Below, piece by piece: positions 38,471-51,732 of a stretch of 64,000 bases of DNA. The notes below the pieces were generated by a model. That model worked only from the letters and a program-made list of their open reading frames with translations. It did no database searches and was not told the DNA's origin. The stretch lies in NCBI RefSeq assembly GCF_000143415.4, contig NW_003314264.1:2179710-2243709 (forward strand). The letters are read 5' to 3'. The first letter of the stretch is position 1. The number at the start of each line of letters is the position of its first letter. The DNA is from Selaginella moellendorffii. Lineage: Eukaryota > Plantae > Lycopodiophyta. The translations under genes were made by a program, and so were the position numbers.

Positions 38471-39430
38471 ATGGAGGAGCTGACGAGGATCCCATCTCCA
38501 GCGTCCTCCACCGCACCAAGTACAAGGCTCCCTCGATGAACTCAACGTCGTACTTCGGTCGACGATGGCGACGATGGCAACGATGGCAACGACGACCCGG
38601 CCGAAGCTAAAGGTTACTGGCTTGCCTGGGCTGCTGGCTCCCTCACAGCGCTTTCCCTCGACGCTCATATCTTGGGGACCGGCGGTCTTGATCGCGTCCT
38701 CCACCGCGATGCGGAGGCTCTGCATAACTGGGATGATGCGCACTAGCGACCTGAGCTTGGTGTCGTGCTCTCTCCAGTGGCTTCAAACGTGCGAGCTTCA
38801 CTCCCTCGTCTCTCCCAGGCTGGAAGTTTTGAGGGCTGGATTTGGCAGCGATCAATCTCTTACAGTCTCGAATGGGGTCTCGTCTTGTCTGGACATTTCG
38901 ACGACGGCTTTGAGACGTTTGAGCTCACAGTCGACGCCCCGGATATTCTGTTGTTGGAATTGCGTCGAGCGAGTAGGACTCCCTCGCGCATCAGGATGTG
39001 AGGACGGGCATCTTACTTAACTCTTGTGTTCTTGACAAGCCATTTAAGAAGCTCCGTAGCTTGATGCTAATGGGATCCTGGGAGATATCAGCTCTCTCGG
39101 TTTTCGCCTCTGGTCTCGACGCTCTCGCTTCGTCTTGACCAGCAAGATCGAGATGCATGGACCAGGTTTGGCCGCGCATGTCGACTGTCGTTCTTTTTTG
39201 AGGTGGATCTTGATCTTTTCGTCTTGTATTCAATGGGGATGTAGCGCAAAGATCTCCGTGTTCATCTCCACGTGAGGGGCACTACACCAACGTGGTGGTT
39301 CTCAGGGATTTACTTGGAGTTTATCAAGTCAAAAAGCACTGGCAGGAGGTGGCCAGCTGGGAAGTCAAGGTTTGAGTGCTTGCGGTGTCGTTCGACGTGC
39401 TGGTCGTGTTTCTTTCACACCCGAGGAGCG
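38471..39430 (+). pseudogene. F-box/LRR-like pseudogene copy A
   Basis: Nucleotide-level similarity to 40682-41895 (YWLAWAAG, LIASSTA, SLVSCSLQ, LRAGFGSD) with deletions and frameshifts. Confidence 0.75.
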
Positions 39431-39464
39431 GGTCCGTGATTACTCTTCTTCGGATTTGCTGTTT

Positions 39465-39690
39465 TAACCCTTTTGATTTGGCCAAGTGCTGAAGATGTAT
39501 CCCTCGATTGTCCTGTAGGGACTGAGCGAATTCTCCAAGGCGGCAATCATTGTATGAGCACTGTAGAGGGATTCCTGCAGCGCAGAGCTTGAATGAGCCG
39601 GAAATTTGGTCGAGAGAGAACCTCCCGAGGCTTGTTGCTGTGCAGCAAAGAATGGCCGCTGGCTTTGCTCTACCTGAGACGGCAGGCATA
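39465..39690 (-). pseudogene. Degenerate copy of Ole e 1 exon 2
   Basis: QRPFFAAQQ...GRFSLDQISGSFKLCAA...LSPYRTIEGYIFSTW matches 37290-37560 with frameshifts. Confidence 0.8.
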
Positions 39691-39830
39691 ACGTTGGCCA
39701 ATGGCGAGACTGCCACAAGAGTTGGGCGGTTCATTGACTCAAATTGTTCTTAAAACTCACGGAAGATATGTATTATCAAAGTAAAGGTCAGAAGAAAGAA
39801 AAGGAAAAATTAGAATGCGGCCGAAGGCCA

Positions 39831-40660
39831 ATGGTGGAGCTGGACCTGGTGCACGTTTTCACCAAAGTGGGTGATGCGCGGCAGCTCGCAAAATGCGCAA
39901 GCGATGGTGGCCGTCTGTCGCCTGTCCTTCGGCTTTGAACAAAGCTCCCGGCTGCCTCAAGGAGCTCAGCGTCATGCTCTCATGGTATGGCGACGATGAC
40001 CCGATCGAAGCTACGGTCACTGGCTTGCCTGGGCTGCTGGCTCCCTCACAACACTTTTTCTCGACGATCGGGATGAGCTCATATCATGGGGACCGAAGGT
40101 CTGGAGCGTGATCGCGTGCTCCACCAAGATCCAGATGCTCGAAATAACTGGGAGGATGCGCACTAGCGACCAGAGCTTGGTCTCATGCTCTCTCCAGTGC
40201 CTAGAAGTGTGCAATCTTGGCTCGCCCGTCTCTCCTGCGCTGCTCGAGATGCTGCTAGCCTCATGCACGAGACTGAGACATTTGAGGGCTGGAATTGGCA
40301 GCGACCGATCTCTTACAGTCTCGAATGGAAGCCTCAGTACTCTCGTGTTGTGTGGGGAATTTGGCGAGCACTTTGAGCTCATGCTCGACGCCCCGCAGCT
40401 GGAATATCTACTGCCGGGACTGCGTAGGACTCGAACGAGCATCCGGTTGCGCTCCCAGGATTTGAGGACGGCCATCTTACAACTCTTGTGTTCTTGACCA
40501 TATGAGACGCTGCGCAGCTTGACGCTACTGGGATCCTGGGCGATGGATCCCATCGTCCAGCTCTCTCGCTTCTCAACTCTAGTCTCGACGCTCTCGCTCC
40601 AGCTGTTCACCAGCGAGCATTACGATGACCATGGACGATATGTTATACTGGTTTGGCCGC
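39831..40660 (+). pseudogene. F-box/LRR-like pseudogene copy B (3' truncated)
   Basis: MVELDLVHVFTKVGDARQLAKC..., LLASCTRLRHLRAGIGSD. Frameshifts and a stop near 40495. Confidence 0.75.
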
Positions 40661-40681
40661 TTCATTAGGTCAGAGGGAAAA

Positions 40682-41895
40682 ATGCTGGAGCTGGACGGTT
40701 GCTCCCTGCTGGACGTCTTCGCCAAGGGGCGATGCGCGGCAGCTCGCCAAATGCTCGCTGGTGTGCAAGCGATGTCTCTCGCGCTTCGACTTTGTGGTAA
40801 GTACCAGGCAGCAGCTGAAGGATGCCGAAGAAGCGTCTCTCCACCGCACCAAGTGCAAGGCTCCCGGCTGCCTCAGCGTCATGCTCCGGTATAGCGGCCA
40901 TGGTGATGACCAGATGGAAGCTAGCGGTTACTGGCTTGCCTGGGCTGATGGCTCCCTCACTACGTTTTCCCTCGAAGCTCGGGATGGGCTCGAATGGGGA
41001 CCGACGGTCTGGCTCTTGATCGCGTGCTCCACCGCGATTCCGAGGCTCCACATCGCTGGGAGCATCTACACAGGCAACCAGAGCTTGGTGCCGTGCTCTC
41101 TCCAGTGCCTATAAGCCTGCGAGCTGCAGTCGCCCGTCTCTCCTGCGATGCCCCAGATGCTGCTAGCATCATGCCCGAGGCTGGAACTTTTGAGGGCTGG
41201 AATTGGCGACGATCTTACAGTCTCGAGTGGAAGCCTCAGGGCTCTCGTCTTGTGTGGGCAACTCGACGAGGAGTTTGAGACGTTCGAGCTCACGATCGAC
41301 GCCCCGAAGCTGGAAACTCTACTGATGCGACTGAGTCAAGCGAGTAGGACTAGCATTCGGTTGCGCTCCCAGGATCTGAGGATGGCCATGTTATACAGCT
41401 CTTGTGTTCTTGACAAGCCATGTCAGAAGCTGCGTAGCTTGACGCTTATGGGATCCTGGGCGATGGATTCCATCGTCCAGCTCTCTCGGTTCTTGCCTCT
41501 GGCCTCGACGCTCTCACTGCAGGTCTTCACCAGCGAGTACAAGATGACCATGGACAAAATCTTATCTTGGTTTGGCCGCGTGGAGACGATACATGTCGAC
41601 TGCTTTGCTTTTCAGGTGGATCTCCGTCTTTTTGTCTTTCTTCTTCTTACCAATCGCGTAAATGCAGTCGTTTTTGCCCGGGGGTGTCTCTAAGCGCAAG
41701 GATCTCACGCTTCATCTCCACCGCCACCCGACGTGATGGTTGTCATGGATTTACTTGAAGCTCATCAAGTCAAAGGGCTCGTCATTCACTGCGCCGAGGA
41801 GATGGAACTGTGCTTGCGGTGTTGTTCGACTTGGTTATGGTCTTTCCTGGTCTCATTTCTTTCACGCGCGAGGAGTTACAGCCATATTATGATCT
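40682..41895 (+). pseudogene. F-box/LRR-like gene copy C, most complete but frameshifted with a premature stop
   Basis: MLELDGCSLLDVFAK, frameshift near 40725, then GDARQLAKCSLVCKR (F-box-like). In-frame TAA at 41112-41114. LRR-like LRALVLCG/LTIDAPKLETL. Confidence 0.75.
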
Positions 41896-41987
41896 GAAAA
41901 ATTACAACTAAAGGCAGTGAATATTCGACTAAAGTAAAAGCACTGTGTATTCAAATTCTAGGGCTAGCAGTGTGAGAGAGGGGTGCT

Positions 41988-43444
41988 ATGGTGCTAGAGG
42001 CGGCGGGCTGCAGTGCTTCCACGTCCCAGGAATCGGGTGAGGAGCTGACGCTGGTGGTGAAATGGGTTGGCAAGGATTACACGGTGCGGGTTTGCGGCGA
42101 TGACACGGTGGGAGAGCTTAAGCGCCGGATCTGCGAGGTCACCAATGTTCTTCCCAAGCGCCAGAAGCTCCTCAATGTGAAGAAGGGATCCAAGCCCGCC
42201 GACGATTCCATGCTGCTCTCCGGCCTGGGCCTCAAGCCTGCGATCAAGATTTCCATGATCGGGTAAGCTCCCAATTTTTCCTTTTGTTTTTCTTTCATGC
42301 TCTGCATTGGATAAAAATGTTTGGTGGTATAGTTTGCTTGACTGGGACTTCTTGAACAAATAAAAGAGAGAAGATTTTGATAGCTTGCTAGCTCTGGTTT
42401 TACTCTTGATTTATTTCATCGTTTTCCAGCACTGTGGAAGATGAGATATTTGTAGATACCGTGGATGCTCCCGAGGTCTTGGACGATTTTGAGCTGGGGG
42501 AGGAAGACACCACCGATATCAAAGACAAAGATATCAACAAGGCTAAGATCCAGAGACGAGTTCAACAGTACAAGGTTAGAAATAATCTTGTGTTCCTGCA
42601 CTTTTCTCATGTCTTTCATTTTTATTGCGTGCTTTATTCGCTGACAGTTAAAGCTGTTGAATCCTTGTCGCCCGGGAAAGAAACTTCTCGTTTTGGATAT
42701 TGATTACACGCTCTTTGATCATCGTTCCACCGCCGAGAATCCCCTGGAGCTGATGCGCCCGTGTAAGTCGGTCGTGGAGCACACAAAGGCTGTGATCTTT
42801 TCTCATGAACTTCGCTTTTGACAGATCTTCACGAGTTTCTTACGGCTGCCTACGCTGCCTACGACATCATCATATGGTCCGCTACAAGGTTTGACTCCAC
42901 CAACAAGAGACAATCGAGAAAAAAGAGGATCCTTTTCTTACTAATGTCGTGTTTGCTTTGCAGCATGAAATGGGTGGAAGTTAAGATGAAGGAGCTGGGA
43001 GTTCTCGGCAATGCAAGCTATAAGATCACGGCCCTCCTGGACCATCTTGCGATGATCACAGTCCAGTCCGAGAGCCGCGGAGTTTTCGATTGCAAGCCAC
43101 TGGGTTTAATCTGGGGAAAGCTTCCAGAGGTAAAGCGTTTAGATCCTTCTTTAGATCTCTTATCATTTTTTAAATTTTGGTTTCTTCTTTCTTTGCTACA
43201 GTTTTATGGACCAAACAACACGATCATGTTGGATGATCTCAAGAGGAACTTCGTGATGAATCCACAAAATGGTCTCGTGATCCGGCCTTTTAAAAAAGCT
43301 CACATGAATCGAGGCACGGACCAGGAGCTCGTGTACTTGGCAGAGTATTTGCTCGCGATCGGCGACTTGGACGACTTAAGTGGCCTGGATCACAAGAACT
43401 GGGAGAAGTATAGCGAGCAAAACAAGCGGCAAAGGCACCAGTGA
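41988..43444 (+). CDS. UBLCP1: Ubiquitin-like domain-containing CTD phosphatase
   Basis: N-terminal UBL ([12 protein letters not shown]...LPKRQKLL), HAD motif [45 protein letters not shown]. Confidence 0.95.
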
Positions 43445-43755
43445 TTACTTGGGATAATTTAAAATCGGTGAATATTCCTGGCATTGAGGGTCGAATCGTT
43501 TCCCTCTCTGCCGCATGTACAAAACAATCTAGGGTTCTTGGAGGAGGACGTGATCAATGGCGCCGCGCGCCGCACACTGCGATTTCCATCTCCTCTGGCT
43601 CGAGGCGGTAAGGAATCTATGATCTGCATTCTCTTCTCGTTGCCGATCGGGGGATTTCTTGCGGTTGCAGCACCCCCGGGCGGGTCGTGCGCGCCGGAGA
43701 AGAAAATCCGGCAGCTCGGGAGGAGCGGCGTGAGCGATCGAGCATATTTGGAGGC

Positions 43756-46372
43756 ATGGATGCCATGGCGCGTGCCGTCATCCGTGCTTCCGCTCCAGCT
43801 TCCTCTTCCTCCGGCTGCAAAATGGGGATCACATCGCATGGAGCTTATCAGGACGACAATCCCATCGATTTCGCGCTCCCTCTCCTCATGGTCCAAATGT
43901 GTATCGTCCTGGCGCTCACTCGCTCGCTGGCGATCGTGATGAAGCCGCTGAGGCAGCCGAGAGTAGTGGCGGAGATCATTGTAAGTCCCGTGTTTCTTTC
44001 GCTCTAGATCGATGATCTTATTTGTTTCTCTTCTTGGCAGGGAGGGATTCTACTTGGTCCATCGGCATTCGGCAGGAACCAAAGCTACATAAACAAGATC
44101 TTTCCATCCAGGAGCATCACAGTCCTGGAAACTTTCGCCAACCTGGGATTGATTTTCTTCCTCTTCATGGTCGGCCTGGAGCTCGACTTAACAGCAGTGA
44201 TGCGTACAGGGAGGCAGGCTCTGGTGATAGCCGCGGCTGGGATAACTACGCCATTTGCCACCGGAGTGGGAGTCTCAGTAGTTCTTCGCAACACCATCTC
44301 CAAGGAAGGCAAGTTCAGTGCTTTTCTCGTCTTCATGGGGGTGGCCATGTCGATCACGGCGTTCCCGGTGCTGGCACGTATTCTCGCAGAGAGGAAACTC
44401 TTGACTACCGACGTTGGCCAGATAGCAATGTCCGCAGCAGCAGTGAACGATGTGGTGGCTTGGATTTTGCTGGCACTGGCAGTAGCTCTCTCCGGCACCG
44501 ATACGAGCCCGACAGTCGCTATATGGGTGCTGCTTACAGGCCTGGCATATCTGGTGATCATGTTTACGGTGGTCCGACGCTTTATGACTTGGGTGGCACA
44601 TCACGTTACTGAGAACGAGCCCGTGAAGGAGCTCTACGTGTGCATCACTTTTGCCGGGGTTCTTGCTTCGGCCTTTGCGACGGATGTTATTGGGATCCAT
44701 TCCATTTTTGGGGCGTTTGTTTTCGGCTTGATCATCCCGAAAGATGGCCCGCTGGCTAAGATTGTTATCGAGAAGGTGGAGGACTTTGTCATCGTACTGA
44801 TGCTGCCTTTATACTTCGTTTCCAGTGGATTGAAGACAAACATCCAGTCTATACATGGAGCTAAGTCGGGTGGCCTCACGGTTTTGGTTATTGCGTCGGC
44901 TTGCCTTGGAAAGATCGTCGGCACTTTTGTTCCGGCTGTGGTCTATGGAATCAATGCCAGGAAGGCGATGACTTTGGGATTTCTTATGAACACGAAGGGA
45001 CTGGTGGAGCTGATCGTGCTCAACATTGGAAAAGAGAGAGGGGTATGTTGTTTTTGATCAAGTTCTGGTCTTTTCTGAGTCGTTCTCCATGCTACAGGTG
45101 TTGAACGAAGAAACATTTGCAATCATGGTGATCATGGCGTTATTCACGACTTTTATCACGACTCCAATAGTGATGGCGTTGTACAAACCCGCGAGGACTC
45201 CCATCCCATACACGTTGCGAAAGCTGGAGATGTGCACAGTGAATGACGAGCTCCGGGTGGTGGCATGCGTCCATGGGATAAAAAACGTGCCCGGTATCAT
45301 CAGCCTGGTGGATCAAGCAAGGGGAAGAAGCAGGCACTCGATGCGGCTCTACATACTCCACCTCGTGGAGCTGTCGGAGAGGTCATCGGCTATTGTGATG
45401 GTACACACGGCAAGGAGGAATGGCCGTCTCACCAAGAGCGCACGGGGCGAGAACCACATCTACGTTGCTTTCGAGGCCTTCGGTCATCTCAGCGAAGTTA
45501 AGGTCCGGCCGATGACGGTCGTCTCCAATTTCTCCGACATGCACGACGATATCTGTGCAACGGCAGCTGACAAGCGGGCAGCCGTGCTGATCCTGCCTTT
45601 CCACAAGATCCGCAGGGCCGACGGGGTTCTAGAGACACTAAACACAGGATTCCAGTTTGTCAACGACCAAGTCTTGCAGCACGCGCCATGCTCGGTCGGG
45701 ATCTTCATAGACAGGGGGCTCTCGGACGTGTACCACGCACCCGTGCAGCTGGTTCCCAAAAGCGTCTCCCACAGCGTGGCGGTGTTTTTCTTTGGGGGCC
45801 CGGACGATCGCGAGGCCTTGGCGATGGGATGTAGAATGGCCGAGCATCCGGGAGTGAAAGTCAAGGTGATACATTTCCTCTCCTGCTCCGACGGAGAACT
45901 CGTCACTCACAGGAAGTCGATCGTCATCTCGACTCGAAAGACGAGCAGGAAGTCCATCTTCCAGAGGGAAGGCGAGCAGCACCACTACCACGTCGATCTG
46001 GAGGGAGTCGACTTTGAGAAAGAGAAGCAAATCGACATCGACACCATCGCTGCGCTCCGGGAGGAGGACAAGCAAGGGATCCTGTACGAGCAAGTGCCAG
46101 TGGGGGACCCGATCGACGCAGTGATGGACACCGTGAGGAACTGCGAATACAATCTCGTCATCGTTGGCCGGGCTCGGGTACCATGCAGATTGATCGCGAG
46201 CTTGAACAACTTGGCGCTCGAGTACGAGGAGCTGGGGCCGATTGGGAGTGTCTTGGCCTCGTCGGATCCAAGTATCAAGGCCTCGGTCCTGGTGATGCAG
46301 CAGTACACGAATAAGAACGAGCCCGTCAACCCCGTGCATCCAACTCCCATCACGTCCCCAGAGGTGCCATGA
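43756..46372 (+). CDS. CHX: Cation/H+ exchanger (CHX family)
   Basis: TSHGAYQDDNPIDFALPLL, RQPRVVAEII, ITAFPVLARILAE, GFLMNTKGLVELIVLNIG, FFGGPDDREALA, ELGPIGSVLAS. Three exons; start may be 43756 or 43765. Confidence 0.95.
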
Positions 46373-46544
46373 CAGTTACTAGATCAATCAATCTCTCCGA
46401 CTCGGGCTCTCTCGGAGAGCTATGATCGATCCACTGAGAGTTTGCTCTATTCATGTTATAAGAGCTGGTTACACCACGAGCTCAAAAGGTGGAGCCACAT
46501 CCTCCATGTATAGCTAAATCCCGAGAAAAAATTATGCTTCTTGT

Positions 46545-49500
46545 CTACGAGCTTGCTTGTCGAATAGCTTCTTTGAGCTTCACACCCAGAGCCTTGGCCA
46601 AGGGAGGCGGCACAGCGTTACCGATTTGGCGGTGCTTGTTTTGCATGGTGCCAAAGAACTTGTAGCTGTCTGGGAATCCCTGCGAAAGTGAACACAACAA
46701 GCCGTGATCAGAGAGTGTCACACACTTCTTTGAAGAGGTTTGAGTACCTGTGACCGAGCGCACTCACGCACAGTGACTATGCGATCTTGCTCCGGGTGGA
46801 AACACATGCCGACCTTTCCCATGGGCTGAGGGTCCGTGATCGAAGTTGGAAAGTTCCCGTCCCAGTCCAGTCTGCCAAACAGTCCCTTCCATTGGTTGTG
46901 TCGCTCAGCGGTGTTTGGAAGGCACCACGGGATTAAGTCCACTGTCTGGCCAGTGGATAGCTTGACCTGTTGGATCACCGCCAAAAGTTAGTAGAGACAA
47001 ACAAACAAACAAACGCAGACGGGCTCCACCTTCTCATCTGGAAGATCGCGCCAGTCTGCTCCAGGGCGCTTTGGAATTCGCTGACAGCGAATAAAGTTCA
47101 GCTCGTTCATCTCTTTGCAAATGTGATCTCGGAGAACAGTTGCGCCGCCTCTAATGTTCTTCTGGAACCACGACTGTGGTTCATTGCCATACTGCCAGCC
47201 ACCTCAACAGTTAGTACCAGAGGAAGAGACAAAAAATACCAGTCACTTACAGGAGTTTCAGGTTTTTCTGTCCCATTCGCCACGGGAGGAAGGTCTCCTA
47301 TCGTATCTCGGACGGTAATAGACCGCAATGGAGCACCGCCGCGGGTATCGTCAGCAGCTGCATAGACCGAGTTACCAGACAGCGGTATTTTCAGTTGCGC
47401 GCTCGCGAACACATGTACAGGTTCTGGCCAATCTGGTAGCACTTCATCTGGTGCTGCAGCCCAAATGATCGCACGCGTTCTAGACTGAGAGATACCATAG
47501 TGTCCAGCTTGAAGAATACCAAAACGAACCTGGAGATAATCGATTGAGGCACGACAAAAGATGAGAACAGTGAAAGCTTACCTGGTATCCCATTTCTAAC
47601 AACGAAGCTAAAGTGAGACGAAAAGTCTGTCCTTTGTTGAAGGACACAAAATTGCGAACGTTCTCCAAAAGGAAGTAACGCGGTCGGAAATAATCGGCAT
47701 ACGAGAGAAACCCCAGGACCATCTCACATTGGATTTTGCTCCAGTTTCTCTTGTTAAACCTGTTCATACCAGAAAATCCCTGAGAGCAAAAGAAACACAA
47801 CGTCAACACTTGGCAAACACAATCATATAAGTTATACCTGGCAGGGAGGACCACCGCTAATAAAATCAACCTCACCCGGCCTGGGTAAACTACTTTTCTG
47901 GTTCTCGCTGAGCTTAGATGCCATTTCAGCAGCCTCCGGCGTTGAACAGCAATCATCAAGGTCTCCACCTATTTCCATAATAGATCTGCCATAACAAAGA
48001 AATTATTTCAGCACCAGTTTCATGTTTCGGTAAAACAGCTTACCTTAGCACGACGTTGCAGTTGTCAAAAAACACAGTGGCGGTAGGATGATTCATTTTA
48101 AATGCTTCTGCAGCTGCGTGGTCATATTCTATTGCCCACTTTGTTGACGCGATGCCTGTACCAGAGGATATCAGGAGAGAACCACACGAACGAAAATACC
48201 TGATTGGTGAATTCCCTCAGACAGACCGCCACAGCCTGCAAAAATGTCAAGCATCGATAGCTTTTCGTCGTTTGCAGAAGTTTCTTTGGGTTGTCGATCA
48301 TCTTCAACCAGTTTACCCTTTCCTTTTGCTGATGCCAAACTCGACGCCACTGGTGGTTTTCCGAGTTTAACATTAGCTGGTAACTGGAAAGAAAAAAATG
48401 TCAAAACATGAAACGACATTTCGAGGAACGAACCTGTTTTACAGTTCCTTTCAGTGGGTCATAGACGCAGCTACAGAAAAACAGGTCCATTAGCGCTTTG
48501 GTTTCTGAAGCTACAGTAAACTCCTGCCGCTTCACAACGGTACATTTTCCCCTCACAGCAGCAAGAGATATCGTGGTTGTCCGTTCACAGAAATAGACCT
48601 GCATGAAAGGAAGTACAAAAGCACATATTAAGAAGAAAAACAAAACGAAGTACCTCGTGAACATCGGCTTTGTAAGCCTTTCCCAAGTCGACGTCTTCGG
48701 GCCTGTAGAACTTCCGAACTGTCAATTGCTCCGCACCTGTTTTTGACGATGGTATGACATCCATGAGCTGGCAGATCGTAAAAGCTCGAAGACCCTTGTT
48801 TCTACCACCTTTGAACTTCTGAATTTCGTCTTGTGATTGAGTCATTATTTGAGTTATATCGACGTATACGAAGTCGTTGATGTGGTATTCCACGCCCTGG
48901 AACCGGAAGCCTTGAAGATTCGCAAACAGTGACAAGCTATCCTTTGTCTTTGCCTCTTCCCTTGATTTACAGCCTTCACACACTCCGGTTCCCAAAGCCA
49001 GCTTATCATGCGGAATGCGAAAGAAGCCGCCCTTCTCAGGAACATAGAGAGCTTGAAAAAAGTACTCTGTCGGAAGACCTTTAATTTCCCTGTCGCGAGC
49101 TCGTTCCCGTTCTTCCTCGTCGGCCGTAGCATTATCCTTCCTGTGCATGTGACCCCACGGACGTCGTCTAAGTTCCACCTTCACGATCTCTTTCGCATCC
49201 CTGACCTCTACGTTGTCACAACTACCGGTGAGAAACAATTCCCGCTTGGAAGCTGCGTCGCCTAAAACTGTGCTTTCTCCTTTCACCAGTACCCTGCCGT
49301 GAACCATGCTACGCCCATTGGCCTTGTACAGGTACTCCACGAGCAAAAATGCGTCCTCAGCACCTTCGACTTCGTAACCAACGGCTTCGCCAGGCTTAAT
49401 CAGATGACCACGAATAGCCTTTGCATCAGCCTTCTGATCTTGCTGGCGCCTAACATTTTCAGCTTCAGGTTCGCAGGTACCATCTTCATTGTATGTGGAA

Positions 49501-51589
49501 CAATAATCGCTCCAGATGCGATTAACAAGCTGCGTCGTCGTTGCACGCATGGGCTTTGTTTTGGAAGCATCTGGCTGTAGGCTTCCCCTGGGATTAAGAT
49601 TTCTGCCCCGAAGAAGCTTTTTCTTGGAGACCTTGAGCTTGGTATGGTGCCTTTCCTCCATCATTTTCAAAAGCCCAGTCACAAAAGAACTCTTCCTGAT
49701 GGTGTCGTCTGCGAACTTAAAATGTTAGAAATCTGAAAGAACAGGAAGTTAACACGTAAAAACTGACCAGGGAATTCTGAAAACTGTTGCAGGAGGATCT
49801 GTCCGTGCACCACAACAAACCTCTCCACATCTGCTACTTTCGAGCCAACAAAAGTGTCACTATCTTGAGTTTGGTCAGTAAGCCGCTTGACGACGTCTGG
49901 AAAAGAAAGACGAGAAACGCGACTTACAACCTTCAGCATTGTAATGATGTGCCTAGCCAGTCTCGCCGTCTTCAAAACTGGACTATACCATGCTGCATAC
50001 TGAGCAGATGGAGGTCCCAGCCTGTACCAAGCACCAGCCGTCCTGATAGAGATACTCAATATCTTGGCACCGAACTCTATCTTCCATTCCTTAATTGAAC
50101 TCAAATAAACTCGCAGAAGGTTCTCGTTATGCGTGGTAGAAGCCGCATCATCTACGAACAAAAAAACACAATAAAATCAATCCTTTCGGCTGGTAGAGCT
50201 TAGCTGTTACTTACCGGGCTCATTGTCCATACAATACTCAAAGTTGTCCTCCGTTACAAGGCCCGAGCCGAAGACTTCGACGTCCGTCTCTGCACCGCTA
50301 ACCATGGGAAGAAGTTCCAAGGACACAAACCGCATGTCCGAGTTGTACAGGGCCCAGTCATAGAGCATGCGGTGCTCCAGCTCCCCATCATCACCGCTCA
50401 TGACAAGGTACTCGTCCGTCTCCTCCTCTTCAGGCTTGTAGAACTCCGGAAGTGGATAATCCACCGCAAGCTCGTCCTCGTTGATCTTGATGTAACTCTT
50501 CGCCTTAGCTCCGCCGCTCCTCATTCTCATGGCTCGCTCCTCCCGTTCCTGGAGAAGCTGCGCATACTGCGCATCGCCAGCATACTGATCCGTCAAGCCG
50601 CTTGAGTGCTCGGACGACGGATTGGAACCATCGGGCTCGTTGATCGTCAAAGTTCCATTCTTCCTCCCATGACTCGCCAAACTAACGTCCTCCATGCGAC
50701 AAGAAGCCGACTCCTTCTCTAGTGCCACCAGCGCTGGCAAGCCCGTAAAAACCTGGTCGCCATCCGAAGCACTTACGTCCATTGCCTTAAGCTGGCTGGA
50801 CACAAAGCCTCCGATCGAGATGAGATACTCCCGACTAAAAGGCTGCGACAAAGCCGTCTTCTTGGACCGTCGCGCTACCTGTGCCACAAGGCTCTCGAGT
50901 GGAAGCTCTGGATCACCACCATCCGGCTTGGAAAGAGCCTTAAAGACCGCTATACACAGGGACGACTTGTCCGCAAGAGCGCTGTACCAAGTCTTGTAGC
51001 TGGCGGCCGGCTTGCAGCAAATGTAGTCGCCAGCCTCGGTGCAAATCCACACGACGAGCACACCATCCTCGTATCCGGAGATGCACCAAGACTCCAAAGG
51101 CCCGAAGCTTTCGCATCGAAACCCCCGCTGCTTCTCCAAGAGCCCCGTCACTGGAAGAATGGTCGCCGTCACGAAGAGCGGCACCGTCTCGAGGATCTCG
51201 ATCGGCTGCTCCGCGCCCTGCCCGTCGTGGACCACGAAATCCAGGAGTCTCCTCTGCGGCTTTTCTTTCTTGCCCTCGCCCCCTTCTCGCGTCCTCATGA
51301 TCGCCGTCGCCTCGGAATCCGCCAGACGGGGCTCCGGCTTAACCTCGATCACATTTTCTGCCTCGATCGCTTCCTCTTCGTCTTCTTTCTCTTCCAGGTT
51401 CTTGATGGCCGCCCGGCGGGGCCGGGGCCGCTTGCAGCCGCTACCAGTGTTGTGAAATGCGGTGACGGAGATGATCTCGACATCGCTGGAGTCGCTGTGG
51501 TGAGAAGCATCAGACCTGGGCGGATTGCGGGCGGCGGGGGCCGCAGCATTGTTCTTCAAGCGCTTCTTCCTCCCGCGATGAACCGCCAT
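46545..51589 (-). CDS. MET1: DNA (cytosine-5)-methyltransferase 1 (CG maintenance)
   Basis: Two RFD domains ([14 protein letters not shown]; [19 protein letters not shown]), two BAH domains, [64 protein letters not shown]. Confidence 0.96.
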
Positions 51590-51732
51590 GGCCGGACTCC
51601 TGTTTCTATGTAGAACAACCTAGCCTAAAAAGGCCTTAAACCCTACAAAGAGCATGGCGCGCCCGATATTCCCGCTTCAGGTTTTGAATGGGGATTCTCA
51701 ATTAAAGTCGTTAAGAATAATTATTGTATAAC

